Source of the DNA: Candidatus Hodarchaeota archaeon
GTDB taxonomy: Archaea > Asgardarchaeota > Lokiarchaeia > Sigyniarchaeales > SOKP01
Direction of reading: 5' to 3'
Length of the DNA stretch: 64,000 bases
NCBI GenBank assembly: GCA_048886685.1
Contig: JBHLKM010000002.1
Span: 39,532-103,531, forward strand
Shown here: positions 28,947 through 39,056 of the stretch, piece after piece
How the letters are laid out: each line of letters opens with the position of its first letter
Numbering within the stretch: the stretch's first letter is position 1
Translations under genes and position numbers: made by a program
The notes under the pieces: model-generated
The model's input: only the letters and a program-made list of their open reading frames with translations
The model's database searches: none
What the model was told of the DNA's origin: nothing

Positions 28947-30497
28947 CTATTCAAGTTCACGTTTTAAAATCTTCCCAGCAGCACTTGTAGGTAAACTATC
29001 TTTTATTTCGAAATATTTAGGAATTTTATATTTTGCTAAATTTTGTAAAAGGTAATCTCGAATATCTTCTATTGTTATTGTTTTTCCAGGCTTTAAAGTG
29101 ATAAAGGCTTTACCCACTTCTCCCCATTTTTTATCATCAACTCCTATAACAGCAGCTAAATCAATTGCAGGATGTTTGTATAATAATTCTTCAATTTCTA
29201 CAGGATAAACATTCTCCCCTCCACTTATATACATTTCTTTCCTACGACCTACGATGTAAAAATATCCATCCTCGTCTTGCTTAGCCAAATCACCCGTATG
29301 TACCCATCCATCTTTTTCAATTGTCTTTTTAGTCTCTTCTGGTTCGTCCCAATAGCCTGAAAATATATGTGGTCCTCTCAATAATAGTTCCCCTATTTCT
29401 CCTCGTATAACTATCTTATTTGTTTTAGTATCAATGATCTTCATATCACAATGTAGTACAGGCAATCCTACAGATGTCGGTTTCAGTTTTATTTTATTCT
29501 CAGGTAAGTAAAAGTTATTTGGTCCCACTTCAGTTAAGCCATATCCCATCTTAAAAAGTTTATTTCTAGCCCAATACTTTTCCATAATTGCTACTGGGCA
29601 TGGTGCCCCTCCAGAGATGAAGATTTTTACAGACTCAATATTAGCAGTGTCAAAATTGGGACTATTTGCCATCATATGGAACATTGTTGGAACACCAATT
29701 ACAATGCTACAAGCATGATCTTCTATAATTTTTAAAGTTTCTTCGGGATTAAAATCTCCCATTAATATTGTTTTTGCGCCTAAATGGTAAAATGGTACTA
29801 ATAATACATTCCATCCTCCTGTATGAAATAGCGGAAAGAGAAGAGGTTGAATGTCATCTTGATTTAAACCCCAGGAAAGAATAGTATTCACAGAATTCCA
29901 AAAAATAAGTCGATGAGAAAGTACTGCTCCTTTAGGTAAACCTGTTGTTCCTCCTGTAAATAATATAAGATGAGGGTCTTCAAAATAAAGGATTGGTTTT
30001 TTAATTTCTGAATTCGAGGCTTTAGTCATTAATTTTTGAGTTGTGGGATCATTTTGTATAGAAACAGCACCCATAGCTATATTTTTTAAGATGAGATCCT
30101 TATCCTTTATTTCTTCTACTTGAGATTTCAGCCTTGATTCATAAAAAAATATTGAAGGTCCGGTCTTTTTAATTAAATATTCTAATTCTTTAATTGATAA
30201 CCTTACATTGAAGGGAACCAGTATCGCTCCAATTTTACCCGTGGCTAGAAATAAGTCTATGCATTCAATTCGATTTGTTGAAAACATAGCAATCCGATCT
30301 CCTTTAGAAATCCCATTATCCAATAACACTCGTGCTAGTTGATTTGCTCTGTAATCAAGCTCTTTATATGTATAAATTTTTTTCTCTATGTTATCAAAGA
30401 TGGCCTCACGATTAGGAGATAACATTGCACGACGTCTAGACCAATCTCCAATCCAAGAGAAATCATTTAATCCTAAAATTTTTCCCTTTTTAACCAT
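28947..30497 (-). CDS. Long-chain fatty acid-CoA ligase (AMP-binding)
   Basis: FTGGTTGLPKG, GYGLTE, HTGD, GRRKEMYISGGENVYP, GKILK. Confidence 0.9.
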   Translation of the reverse strand: MVKKGKILGLNDFSWIGDWSRRRAMLSPNREAIFDNIEKKIYTYKELDYRANQLARVLLDNGISKGDRIAMFSTNRIECIDLFLATGKIGAILVPFNVRLSIKELEYLIKKTGPSIFFYESRLKSQVEEIKDKDLILKNIAMGAVSIQNDPTTQKLMTKASNSEIKKPILYFEDPHLILFTGGTTGLPKGAVLSHRLIFWNSVNTILSWGLNQDDIQPLLFPLFHTGGWNVLLVPFYHLGAKTILMGDFNPEETLKIIEDHACSIVIGVPTMFHMMANSPNFDTANIESVKIFISGGAPCPVAIMEKYWARNKLFKMGYGLTEVGPNNFYLPENKIKLKPTSVGLPVLHCDMKIIDTKTNKIVIRGEIGELLLRGPHIFSGYWDEPEETKKTIEKDGWVHTGDLAKQDEDGYFYIVGRRKEMYISGGENVYPVEIEELLYKHPAIDLAAVIGVDDKKWGEVGKAFITLKPGKTITIEDIRDYLLQNLAKYKIPKYFEIKDSLPTSAAGKILKRELE

Positions 30498-30510
30498 ATG
30501 ATTGAATCAC

Positions 30511-31713
30511 CTAAACTGCTTTGTATATTGGCCATTTTCTCCACACATATGCGAACAAAATTTCTATCCAGAGAAACCATAATACAAATGGAGTTGGATT
30601 GACCTCCCAAAAATTGTGTGGTTCTCCAAAAAAGATAGGAGATATAAGATAAAAACCAAAAAATCCAATAGTACCAAGTGCGATAACTAATATAAAACGA
30701 ATTAGGAAATTTTTCCACTGTGAGTATTTTTTAGGCCAATTATCAAAGAACAATGAGACAAGAACAACAGCACATATTAAAAAAATAGCATAACTTATAC
30801 TCATATAATACCAACCAGTAAGTCTTATAAAAGGATCACTTGGTATTGTCCCTCCTATTAGCCTAAAAATTGGATCAAAAATATATCTACCTATATCTTC
30901 TAAAAGAAAAGCAAAAAAGAGACCTAATAATACACAAACAGCTGAAGCAATCATACCCATAAACGGTTGTTTCCTACCCAGTTTATTCCAGGGCCAATAT
31001 TCAAAAACCATCATTGTTAATAATGAAAAGAAAATTATCCATTGTGTCCATCCAAGAGAAAACGGATAATTAGGGATTGGAGCATAAATTCCTTTTACTG
31101 CTGTAGGTATTGAAGCAGAGGGTTCTCTATTTCCATTTGGGAAAAATAGAAAGAACCAGACCAATACAGTAATTGCATTACCAATAACCCACACAATTAT
31201 TCCCCGTTTTGGTTGTTTGAATTTAAAAAATGGCCAGTACATCGTTCCAGCAACCCAAAGTATGGCAAATGAAAAACAAGATCCACTTAAGGCTCCAAAA
31301 ATAGATGCACCAACATACCATGCTACATAATCGTCTGTTATTTCTGCACTATAATATGAATTAAATAATGGTAACAATACAAGAGTAAAAATTAGTATTA
31401 TAGTAGCATTAAACAACGTACCTACTAATCCTACTTTCCAAGGTGTCCTAAACCAATTATAATATGGCCAATTTTCAAACCAAATCGCCCAGACAACTCC
31501 TATTAACCCAAATCCCCCAATGACAGAAGCATAGGGCACAACCTCATGACTATGCCATCTTGAATCAAAAAATATCCACCAAGTTATTATACTAATGATA
31601 AAAACAATTAGTATAGATACAACACCTGCAAATGGTTGCTTGTAACGAGCCATAACAATCATTGGAGCCTCATCAGCAGAAGGTATTCCAACTTTTTCTC
31701 CAGCAAGAGCCAT
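30511..31713 (-). CDS. Polytopic membrane protein with repeated WP motifs, probable transporter
   Basis: About 10-11 TM segments; first gene of the ligase/KAS III run. Confidence 0.6.
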   Translation of the reverse strand: MALAGEKVGIPSADEAPMIVMARYKQPFAGVVSILIVFIISIITWWIFFDSRWHSHEVVPYASVIGGFGLIGVVWAIWFENWPYYNWFRTPWKVGLVGTLFNATIILIFTLVLLPLFNSYYSAEITDDYVAWYVGASIFGALSGSCFSFAILWVAGTMYWPFFKFKQPKRGIIVWVIGNAITVLVWFFLFFPNGNREPSASIPTAVKGIYAPIPNYPFSLGWTQWIIFFSLLTMMVFEYWPWNKLGRKQPFMGMIASAVCVLLGLFFAFLLEDIGRYIFDPIFRLIGGTIPSDPFIRLTGWYYMSISYAIFLICAVVLVSLFFDNWPKKYSQWKNFLIRFILVIALGTIGFFGFYLISPIFFGEPHNFWEVNPTPFVLWFLWIEILFAYVWRKWPIYKAV

Positions 31714-31875
31714 TATTTTTCACTCTACTTTATTCATAGATTTTATATAATATATCCTATAATATTCATTTCATATATAAATAATATATTCTATTTGAAT
31801 CTAAATTTGCTTTTTAAATTCAATCTAGAAGCAAAGACCTCATTATTCATGATATAGTTTGAGAATAAAAAAAAA

Positions 31876-33084
31876 TCAGATTTTTATTAGTTCATAATCA
31901 GTTGATCCTATTTTATTCTTAACAGCTGCATCAAATTGAAAAGAAGTATTAACCATTGGGTTCAAAGCATGAAATTTTTCCACACCCCTCTCTAAAGGTA
32001 TAGTCCATTCACCATTGTTATTAAGAAATGGAAGTCCTGGAGCATCAGTTTCCATGTCAACACAAGCTTTATCAATAGAAACGGGATCGATAGAACCGAA
32101 TATACCAAGGTCAGGGATTATTGGTACACTCGCGTTAGAAACACAATCGCACTTTGCAGGAATATCAAAAGCGAAATTGATATACCGAATTTTTTCAGGA
32201 CCGAAACTTAACACCGCTTTAACATTATCAATAAAACGCTCAACAAACTTTTTTACATTATTCCAGCTAGGTCTTTTTATCGCTTTCTCAATTGGGCATT
32301 TTTGTAGGCATCTAGAGCAACCATAACAAATGGATTCATCGATCACAGCAGATTCACCATTCATACTTACTGCTTCTACCGTACATGCCTTTATACATTC
32401 TTGCTCGCACTTTGAGGAGTCACAAACATCTGGATTAACGATAAACATACTCTCAAAATGAGCTAATTGCTTATTATGTTTCGTAACACATCCTAATCCG
32501 AGTTGTTTTAAAGCACCTCCATGCGCGGCAAATGGATGACCTTTAAAATGAGAAATTACAACCAGTTTATCATAATCGAAGAGTCCTTTCGCAACAGACA
32601 CTTCTTTCAATTCAATTCCGTCTATCTTTACAATCTTTCTATCAATTCCTTGATCTCCATCTATAAAACGTAGAGGTGCTCCTATTACTGATTCACTATA
32701 CCCATGAAGATGAGCAATTTTCATATGCGCTTCTGCTGATTTTCTATGTCCTACACATATTGTATAATTATCATTAATCTCTATTTTTTCTACATTAGCA
32801 CCTCTACCTTGGGTTTCTATAAGGGTAGGAAGACCACCTTTAGCTCGAATAGCTTTTACCACTTCACGTACAAAATCAGGTCGTAAATAATGAGTATTGT
32901 GCGCTTCCCCTACGTGCACTTTAACTCCCACTTTATCACCATGTTCAATATTATTTAATATTTTATCTGCTATAAATCGAGTTTTAACCAGATTATTGGT
33001 TACCATATTTTCAGCTGTATTAGGAAGAGCAGCAATTTCTATGGGTGGAACCCAATATACAATAGATTTACTTACCATTTTCAA
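31876..33084 (-). CDS. DUF362 domain protein with ferredoxin insert
   Basis: VKVHVGE, SHFKGH, GGALKQLGLGC, CYGCSRCLQKCP, CDC, SIDPVSIDKAC. Confidence 0.85.
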   Translation of the reverse strand: MKMVSKSIVYWVPPIEIAALPNTAENMVTNNLVKTRFIADKILNNIEHGDKVGVKVHVGEAHNTHYLRPDFVREVVKAIRAKGGLPTLIETQGRGANVEKIEINDNYTICVGHRKSAEAHMKIAHLHGYSESVIGAPLRFIDGDQGIDRKIVKIDGIELKEVSVAKGLFDYDKLVVISHFKGHPFAAHGGALKQLGLGCVTKHNKQLAHFESMFIVNPDVCDSSKCEQECIKACTVEAVSMNGESAVIDESICYGCSRCLQKCPIEKAIKRPSWNNVKKFVERFIDNVKAVLSFGPEKIRYINFAFDIPAKCDCVSNASVPIIPDLGIFGSIDPVSIDKACVDMETDAPGLPFLNNNGEWTIPLERGVEKFHALNPMVNTSFQFDAAVKNKIGSTDYELIKI

Positions 33085-33189
33085 TTTCTACCTAAATTTC
33101 AATTTATTATTCAGATTAATATTAAATTTGTTAAAAATTAAATTATTTTAATAGTTAGGTAAAGTTTTAATAAATTTATAATTCGAAAA

Positions 33190-34062
33190 TCAAATAGAAA
33201 GAGTATTAAACTCTTCTTTTTCAAAACCCCATGATTTCAAAATAATTTCAGCTTCATTCATAATATTTTCAATGAAATCACGTAGAGGAATAATTTTCTT
33301 TTGAAATGATATAGAGGGAGAAGGAACACTAGTTCCCCTTAATGTTCTATGATAAAGTCTTCGATGATAATCTTCTGTAAAAATATCCGTATTAATTCGA
33401 TCTATTTTTATTTCTACTGAAAGAGGGCTTTCTTCAGTTGTTAAGATAGCTGTTCCCAAACAAACGGCATCAGCGCCCATAGCTAAAGCACCAAGGAAAC
33501 CACGCGCATCCCCTATGCCTCCTGCGGCAATTAAGGGTGTTTTTAATAGACTTCTACCTGTTGTGAGATTTACTAATGTTGTTTGTTGATATGGATTCTT
33601 AAATCCTGCAGATTCCATGCCCATGAGAGTTATTGCATCAGCTCCTGCTTTTTCTGCTGAAATCGCATGTCTCATTAATGGGCATTTTGGAAACCAATAA
33701 CAACCTGCCTCATGGATTCTTTTACCAATATATATTGCTTGATACGCGGAAGTTGTAAATATATTCACGCCGGCATTGATTGCAACTTCCAAATATTTTA
33801 AATATGTTTCTTTGTCACCATCCTCATCAACAGTTATATTTACCCCGAAAGGATTATTAGTAAGATCCTGCATTTTATTTAATTTATTTTTAAAATCTTT
33901 AAGTTCATAAGATAAAGCCGTAATGATTCCCAAACCTCCAGCATTTGAATAAGCCGCCGCAAATTCAGCTATACCATATCCAGCAAATGCTGCCATAATA
34001 AGAGGATATTTAGTTCTTGTTAATTTAGTAATGCGTGTATTCCAGATCAATCTATTCAACAT
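33190..34062 (-). CDS. Nitronate monooxygenase/FabK-like FMN enzyme
   Basis: AYSNAGGLG, PFGVNI, AAGGIGDARG..ALAMGADAVCLGT. Confidence 0.85.
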   Translation of the reverse strand: MLNRLIWNTRITKLTRTKYPLIMAAFAGYGIAEFAAAYSNAGGLGIITALSYELKDFKNKLNKMQDLTNNPFGVNITVDEDGDKETYLKYLEVAINAGVNIFTTSAYQAIYIGKRIHEAGCYWFPKCPLMRHAISAEKAGADAITLMGMESAGFKNPYQQTTLVNLTTGRSLLKTPLIAAGGIGDARGFLGALAMGADAVCLGTAILTTEESPLSVEIKIDRINTDIFTEDYHRRLYHRTLRGTSVPSPSISFQKKIIPLRDFIENIMNEAEIILKSWGFEKEEFNTLSI

Positions 34063-34118
34063 ACTTTACTACTTTAATTATGTGAAACTATAAGAAAAAC
34101 AAAAAAAAGTTTGTGTTT

Positions 34119-34973
34119 TTAAAGATTTAAGACTTTTTTGGCATTATCGTAATATATTAGATTCTTAAATCCGTCTGAAATTGGTAGATTTTTCACAGCA
34201 GGTAAAATTTGACTCCAATGAACTAGTGGGTGATCAGAACCGAATAAAATTTTATGTTCTATTCCATAATTAGTAAATGCATCCCATGGGAAGTATTGGT
34301 ATAAATGAGGATGCGCGGAGATATCGACATATACATTAGGGTGTCTTAAAACAACGGAATAGGTATCCCAAAACCATGGTGTCCCCATATGCCCAATTAT
34401 TATGACTAAATCTTGATGCCTCATTGCTAATTCATCGATTAACATAGGATGTCCAAATCTTGCTATGGACCGTGAAGTGGAGACTTGATGACCTCCATGT
34501 GTCCATAAAGGAATATTCAGATCAACCATTTTTTTCCATATAGGATCATAAATCGTATCAGAAATGTCAAATTTTTGGACAGGAGGAACTATTTTTACTC
34601 CTTTTAAATTCAGTGAATTAATTCCATAATCGAGTTGATCAAGAGCATTAGGGGCGGGGATATCTATACCTGCAAATCCAATTAATCTCTTTGGATGAAG
34701 TGCTACAAGATCAGCAATATCATCATTTGATACTAATATTACATTATAAGCTGTTTTAGCATTAAAACTTACAATCACTGATTTATTTATTCCAAAACTG
34801 TCCATCAATGCAATATAATCATTAATAGAAACGTTTTTACTTACATTTTTCAACATTTTATACATATATTTTCTCTTAAAAGGATCTGAAGCCCACATTG
34901 CATCAGCTATCGCATTTAAATCATCCCATGACACTTCTTTGCAAAAAGGATGAATATGTATATCAATAATCAT
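34119..34973 (-). CDS. Amidohydrolase_2 family protein
   Basis: IDIHIH, GVKI, HGG, GHMG, NVYVDIS, LFGSDHP. Confidence 0.9.
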   Translation of the reverse strand: MIIDIHIHPFCKEVSWDDLNAIADAMWASDPFKRKYMYKMLKNVSKNVSINDYIALMDSFGINKSVIVSFNAKTAYNVILVSNDDIADLVALHPKRLIGFAGIDIPAPNALDQLDYGINSLNLKGVKIVPPVQKFDISDTIYDPIWKKMVDLNIPLWTHGGHQVSTSRSIARFGHPMLIDELAMRHQDLVIIIGHMGTPWFWDTYSVVLRHPNVYVDISAHPHLYQYFPWDAFTNYGIEHKILFGSDHPLVHWSQILPAVKNLPISDGFKNLIYYDNAKKVLNL

Positions 34974-35000
34974 ATAACTCTTTTAATTAAATTTGAGAAT

Positions 35001-36332
35001 TTATAAAAAAGTATCTAAAGTCTTTTGAGTTTTAATGAAATTAATTAACTTACTACTTTTCTTCCAATACTTAAATTCAACCATGAAATTTTCAGCCATC
35101 TTATTTATAGCATCGTTAAAATTATCTAATTTAACAGGATCAGAGGTAAACATAGCATTGTTTACCGTTTCTCGAATCACCCAAACTCCGAGAGGTACAA
35201 CATAACCTCCAGAAACTTCCCGAAAAATCAAAACTCGAGCTTGCCTCTTAATTTTATATAGATATTCGCAAACTGATTTACGAGCAGCATAATAAGCTCC
35301 AGTAATATTACTTGCATAATTTTTCCTACCTCGGTAGAATTCAAAATCTGTCATTATCTGAGGTTTTAGATTACGATTATTCCCATCCAAAGAAATATTC
35401 CATAAAGTATTTGGTGCCCACACTTCATTCATTTCATAAATAAACTTACCAGGGAATAAGAGAATTTTAAAATGGTTATCAAGGTAAGTTGCTTCAAAAA
35501 TCTGATAATCATTGATCTCAGGAAATTTCTTAATTTCTTTTATTAAAGCTTTCGAGATAATATCGTCCACAGCGGTTATGCTCCAACGAGTTGGGACAAT
35601 TCGACGTCTTTTTTCTTCACCAAGTAATCCTGCTGAAAAAACTCTTTTGATGGTAGATTCAGGTACATGCCCTTTAAAATAAAGATGTTCTGAAACCGCC
35701 TCGGTTGCTTTTAGATCTGTATCAGAAACACAATAATCCACTTGGGGATGCACTTTTGTATTTTCTGTTATTGTGATTTTCTCAGTCATACCTGAAGGCC
35801 CCATAGGTAACGCATGATTATCCATCATCATACGTAAATTCATCTTCGTTAACTTAGTTTCTGTATCAACTGGTCTTGCGGCCATCGATAATTCTTGTGA
35901 TGTTTCAAGGAGTTTTTGAGTTTTTACTGAAGGTGTGCTTTTTTGGCTCTTCTGACCAATAAACACATTTGTTTTAAAGTTGCTTCTAACTAAACTGCTT
36001 CTATAACGTATTATATCAACCATATTTTTTCCAAACCATAGCTCTGGAGCATCAAGAATATGATAATCTGATATATTTAATCCTGTTTCAAATTCTTGAT
36101 ATGGTACGAGTGGACCTAGATACACATTTGGGTAACTAAAATGCCCTACAAAAAATCCAGGAGGACTTGCACCAAATATCTCTACGTCTCTTTGAGTTTT
36201 ATCAATTTCAAAAGGAACCATCGATTTTAAGACAGATTTCTTTAATAAAATTGGGCAGGTTTTTTTGCCACACAGAAGCCTTGCTCCTTTACAACGAAGG
36301 CAGATGTTTTTTTCTGTCTGAGGTCGAACCAA
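35001..36332 (-). CDS. nreA: Nre family archaeal DNA repair protein
   Basis: CLRCKG..LCG..CP zinc finger, VPTRWSITAVD, PLGVWVIRE, C-terminal PIP box QKTLDTFL. Confidence 0.9.
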   Translation of the reverse strand: MVRPQTEKNICLRCKGARLLCGKKTCPILLKKSVLKSMVPFEIDKTQRDVEIFGASPPGFFVGHFSYPNVYLGPLVPYQEFETGLNISDYHILDAPELWFGKNMVDIIRYRSSLVRSNFKTNVFIGQKSQKSTPSVKTQKLLETSQELSMAARPVDTETKLTKMNLRMMMDNHALPMGPSGMTEKITITENTKVHPQVDYCVSDTDLKATEAVSEHLYFKGHVPESTIKRVFSAGLLGEEKRRRIVPTRWSITAVDDIISKALIKEIKKFPEINDYQIFEATYLDNHFKILLFPGKFIYEMNEVWAPNTLWNISLDGNNRNLKPQIMTDFEFYRGRKNYASNITGAYYAARKSVCEYLYKIKRQARVLIFREVSGGYVVPLGVWVIRETVNNAMFTSDPVKLDNFNDAINKMAENFMVEFKYWKKSSKLINFIKTQKTLDTFL

Positions 36333-36471
36333 ATTGCGTTCTCTCGAAAATTTAAGCTGATCAATAATTATTATTACTTGTTATTATAAAAAAAGTAGAA
36401 GAGTATAAATTTTTAATATTTATATTAAAGAACCAAAAATTCAATCCTAGAAATTTAAAATGGGGAACTTT

Positions 36472-37503
36472 TTATTTTTTTCCCATTAAGTTTTTAATTC
36501 GTTTTTCAGCTAAATGTTTTGCTGCCATTTGTTGAGGTCGAAGAAGAGATATAAGCAGTGAAGCAAGGAAAATTTTCGTGTCATCTGGTTCTCCGAGAAC
36601 AAATTGAATTTTTTCAAATAATTTATCTTCATCTTGTTCATTATTTTCCTTATTACCTTTAATCCACGATTCAATTGCAACAAGATATCTATTTAAAAGG
36701 TAAGCTCTTTCTAATCCATCTATTCCCTTCCTTGGCATGGTTGCTCTCCATTTACCTGCTCCAATGCTTGAAATTATTATGTCATATCTACGGAATGCTT
36801 TATGATGACAAGGATTAAGCCTACCATCACCATCAAACTTCATTGCTTTTAAAATTTGACTCTGTGGATCTTTTTTCAGTATTTCTTCCTCAATTGCTCT
36901 TACTGCAGCATAATGTGCGATTATTTGAGGATGTCTTTCCGTCCAATAACCACCAAGCCAAAATTCAAATAAAAGGCAGATACGTTCGACATATAGCTCC
37001 TTTAATCTACTTCTTTCACCAAGTAATTCGAAAATCTTTCTTCTAACTAATTTAGCAGGATCACAGAAATCCTGTAATAATTCATAGCCATTTACCCTAT
37101 CAAATGGAAGCCAATTACGCAGGGTTAAATAATATGCCCATAAATTCTTCCATCGTTCACTTGTAATTGAATTTAAATGACCAATTGGTAGTGCTGGTGA
37201 TTTTTTTTCACCTATCGCTTTACATATACTTAATATACTCTTCTCAAGATTCCAATTACATACCTCAAGAGCAATTATACTCTTTAGAATATCCTTTCCT
37301 GAATTATCAAGTGGTTGAACTTTATTCCAAAGATTCTTGAGATGTGCAAGTTCACTAGTTACCTTTTCACTATCTAAAGAAATTCGATTCTCTGGAAACC
37401 ACAATTTGAGTCTCCCCCAACGATGACCAGCAAGAAATTCCCTCTCCCAATCTCGAATTTCATTACCATTTTCATTAGTATTATTTTCAAACATTGTTGC
37501 CAA
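36472..37503 (-). CDS. Hypothetical Trp-rich helical protein
   Basis: 343 aa ORF, no family recognised. Confidence 0.7.
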   Translation of the reverse strand: MATMFENNTNENGNEIRDWEREFLAGHRWGRLKLWFPENRISLDSEKVTSELAHLKNLWNKVQPLDNSGKDILKSIIALEVCNWNLEKSILSICKAIGEKKSPALPIGHLNSITSERWKNLWAYYLTLRNWLPFDRVNGYELLQDFCDPAKLVRRKIFELLGERSRLKELYVERICLLFEFWLGGYWTERHPQIIAHYAAVRAIEEEILKKDPQSQILKAMKFDGDGRLNPCHHKAFRRYDIIISSIGAGKWRATMPRKGIDGLERAYLLNRYLVAIESWIKGNKENNEQDEDKLFEKIQFVLGEPDDTKIFLASLLISLLRPQQMAAKHLAEKRIKNLMGKK

Positions 37504-37595
37504 TTTCTTTGTTTAGTTTCTAGAATTTAAAAATCTAAAGTTTGTGTTATATTTTTATAAAAATCCACCAATTTGTATTTTATTATTAGAAAAAG

Positions 37596-37958
37596 TTATT
37601 TATCATTTTGCAATGATTTCTTATGAGCCCATTCCATTAAAGGCATCATTGCCTTCCTAACCTCGATTCCATCTTGAGTTAACGAATACTCTACTTTTGG
37701 TGGAATTTCGGGATATATCTCTCTCTTTATTAAGTCTGCTTTATTTAACTCTTTTAGTCTATCTGAAAGTGATTTGGGACTGATACCCTTTATGTTTTTT
37801 AAAATTTCATTAAACCTTATCTTTTTAAAATTACTGATTGTACCAATAATTGCTAATGCCCATTTCTTACTAATAATATTAATAATTCCTTCTACTGGAC
37901 AAAAGCAAAATTCGAGCTCTTCTGTATTTTCACAATTTATCTCAGTAACTTTTTTAAT
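37596..37958 (-). CDS. HxlR family winged-helix regulator (absent from ORF track; ATT start)
   Basis: CFCPVEGIINIISKKW..RFNEI..GISPKSLSDRLKEL..YPEIPPKVEYSLT; in-frame TGA three codons upstream and no NTG before the domain. Confidence 0.9.
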   Translation of the reverse strand: MKKVTEINCENTEELEFCFCPVEGIINIISKKWALAIIGTISNFKKIRFNEILKNIKGISPKSLSDRLKELNKADLIKREIYPEIPPKVEYSLTQDGIEVRKAMMPLMEWAHKKSLQNDK

Positions 37959-38029
37959 AGTATCTCACTATTTTACTACTTAATATAGAATAAAACACTT
38001 AACAACTTAAATACTTTATCATCTATATT

Positions 38030-38048
38030 TACTATAAAAAATATAGTA
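38030..38048. promoter_or_regulatory. Inverted repeat, candidate HxlR operator
   Basis: TACTATA-AAAAA-TATAGTA just upstream of the AGGTGA ribosome-binding site of the small Cys-rich ORF. Confidence 0.35.
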
Positions 38049-38063
38049 TTGAAGGTGATAAAA

Positions 38064-38213
38064 ATATCTGAGGAATCTCATCAAACCACGAAAATTCAGA
38101 TCCAACCTGAGCAAGAAACTTGTTCTTGTTGTTGTATGGGTCAAGAAAATGTAGACTTTAAAAAATCTGAACAAGATCTAGTAATTCAACCCCAAAGTGA
38201 ATTAAACAAGTGA
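38064..38213 (+). CDS. Small Cys-cluster peptide (about 49-54 aa)
   Basis: AGGTGAT SD, then SEESHQTTKIQIQPEQETCSCCCMGQENVDFKKSEQDLVIQPQSELNK*; in-frame TTG 38049, GTG 38055 or ATA 38064. Confidence 0.55.
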   Translation: MSEESHQTTKIQIQPEQETCSCCCMGQENVDFKKSEQDLVIQPQSELNK

Positions 38214-38310
38214 ACTAGTCTACATGAACCTGCTAGAATAAGTTTTAAAATTTATTTTTTTTAATCTTAAATAACTAATAAATTTCCTAAATTCCAAATG
38301 AGGATACTAG

Positions 38311-38886
38311 CTAAGGAAATCTATCATAATCCAAATTATGAGATTGCATGATTTTTTTAGTCATTTCTTTAAAACAATATAATATATTCATGTTTTCTTT
38401 TGAGGAGGTTTTTACGAAATCTTTTTCATTGTGGTTCTGCAAGAATTGTTGAATAATGTATTTATCAACTTTAAATTTTTTATCTGCTCCCTGTACTAAA
38501 TCATGTTTAGTCCCAACTAAAGTTTTAGGGCGATCATGGACCTTAAACTTTATTAAATTATCATACCACCAATCAAGTTTGATAAGAGTTTCAATATTTA
38601 ATAAATCAAAAACTAGAAATATTCCATTCGCTCCATTGATATAATAACCAAATAGTGTTTTAAATTGTTCTTGTCCCCCGAAATCCCAGATTGAAAGTCG
38701 AGCAACAGCTTGATCTCCTTTAACTATTACAGGGATGTTATAAGTATAAAAGTCTGTTCCAACAGTCAATTGAGTCTTGGCACTAAACGTATTAAAGCAG
38801 AGTCTTCGCGCGATACAAGTCTTTCCAACACCACCACTACCAATTAAACAAATCTTAAAGATATAATGAGGTTGATTATTTTCCAT
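38311..38886 (-). CDS. Rab-like small GTPase
   Basis: GSGGVGKT, TVGTDF, WDFGGQEQF, GTKHDL, TSSK. Confidence 0.9.
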   Translation of the reverse strand: MENNQPHYIFKICLIGSGGVGKTCIARRLCFNTFSAKTQLTVGTDFYTYNIPVIVKGDQAVARLSIWDFGGQEQFKTLFGYYINGANGIFLVFDLLNIETLIKLDWWYDNLIKFKVHDRPKTLVGTKHDLVQGADKKFKVDKYIIQQFLQNHNEKDFVKTSSKENMNILYCFKEMTKKIMQSHNLDYDRFP

Positions 38887-39056
38887 TTTCCACTCTTATT
38901 CGAATATTAATTTTTATTTATAAATCAATAGAAATAAAACCTTTATTTATATGTTTTAGAAATGGTGTTATAATCGAAAAAATGGATATTGTTTAATTAC
39001 CTCAACTTATAAAATTATTTGTAGCCGTTAAATAGAGTAATATTCTATTTTCATTA

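Noticed and set aside
37774-37983. 69-aa plus-strand ORF in the track
   Set aside because: Antisense shadow of the HxlR gene on the minus strand
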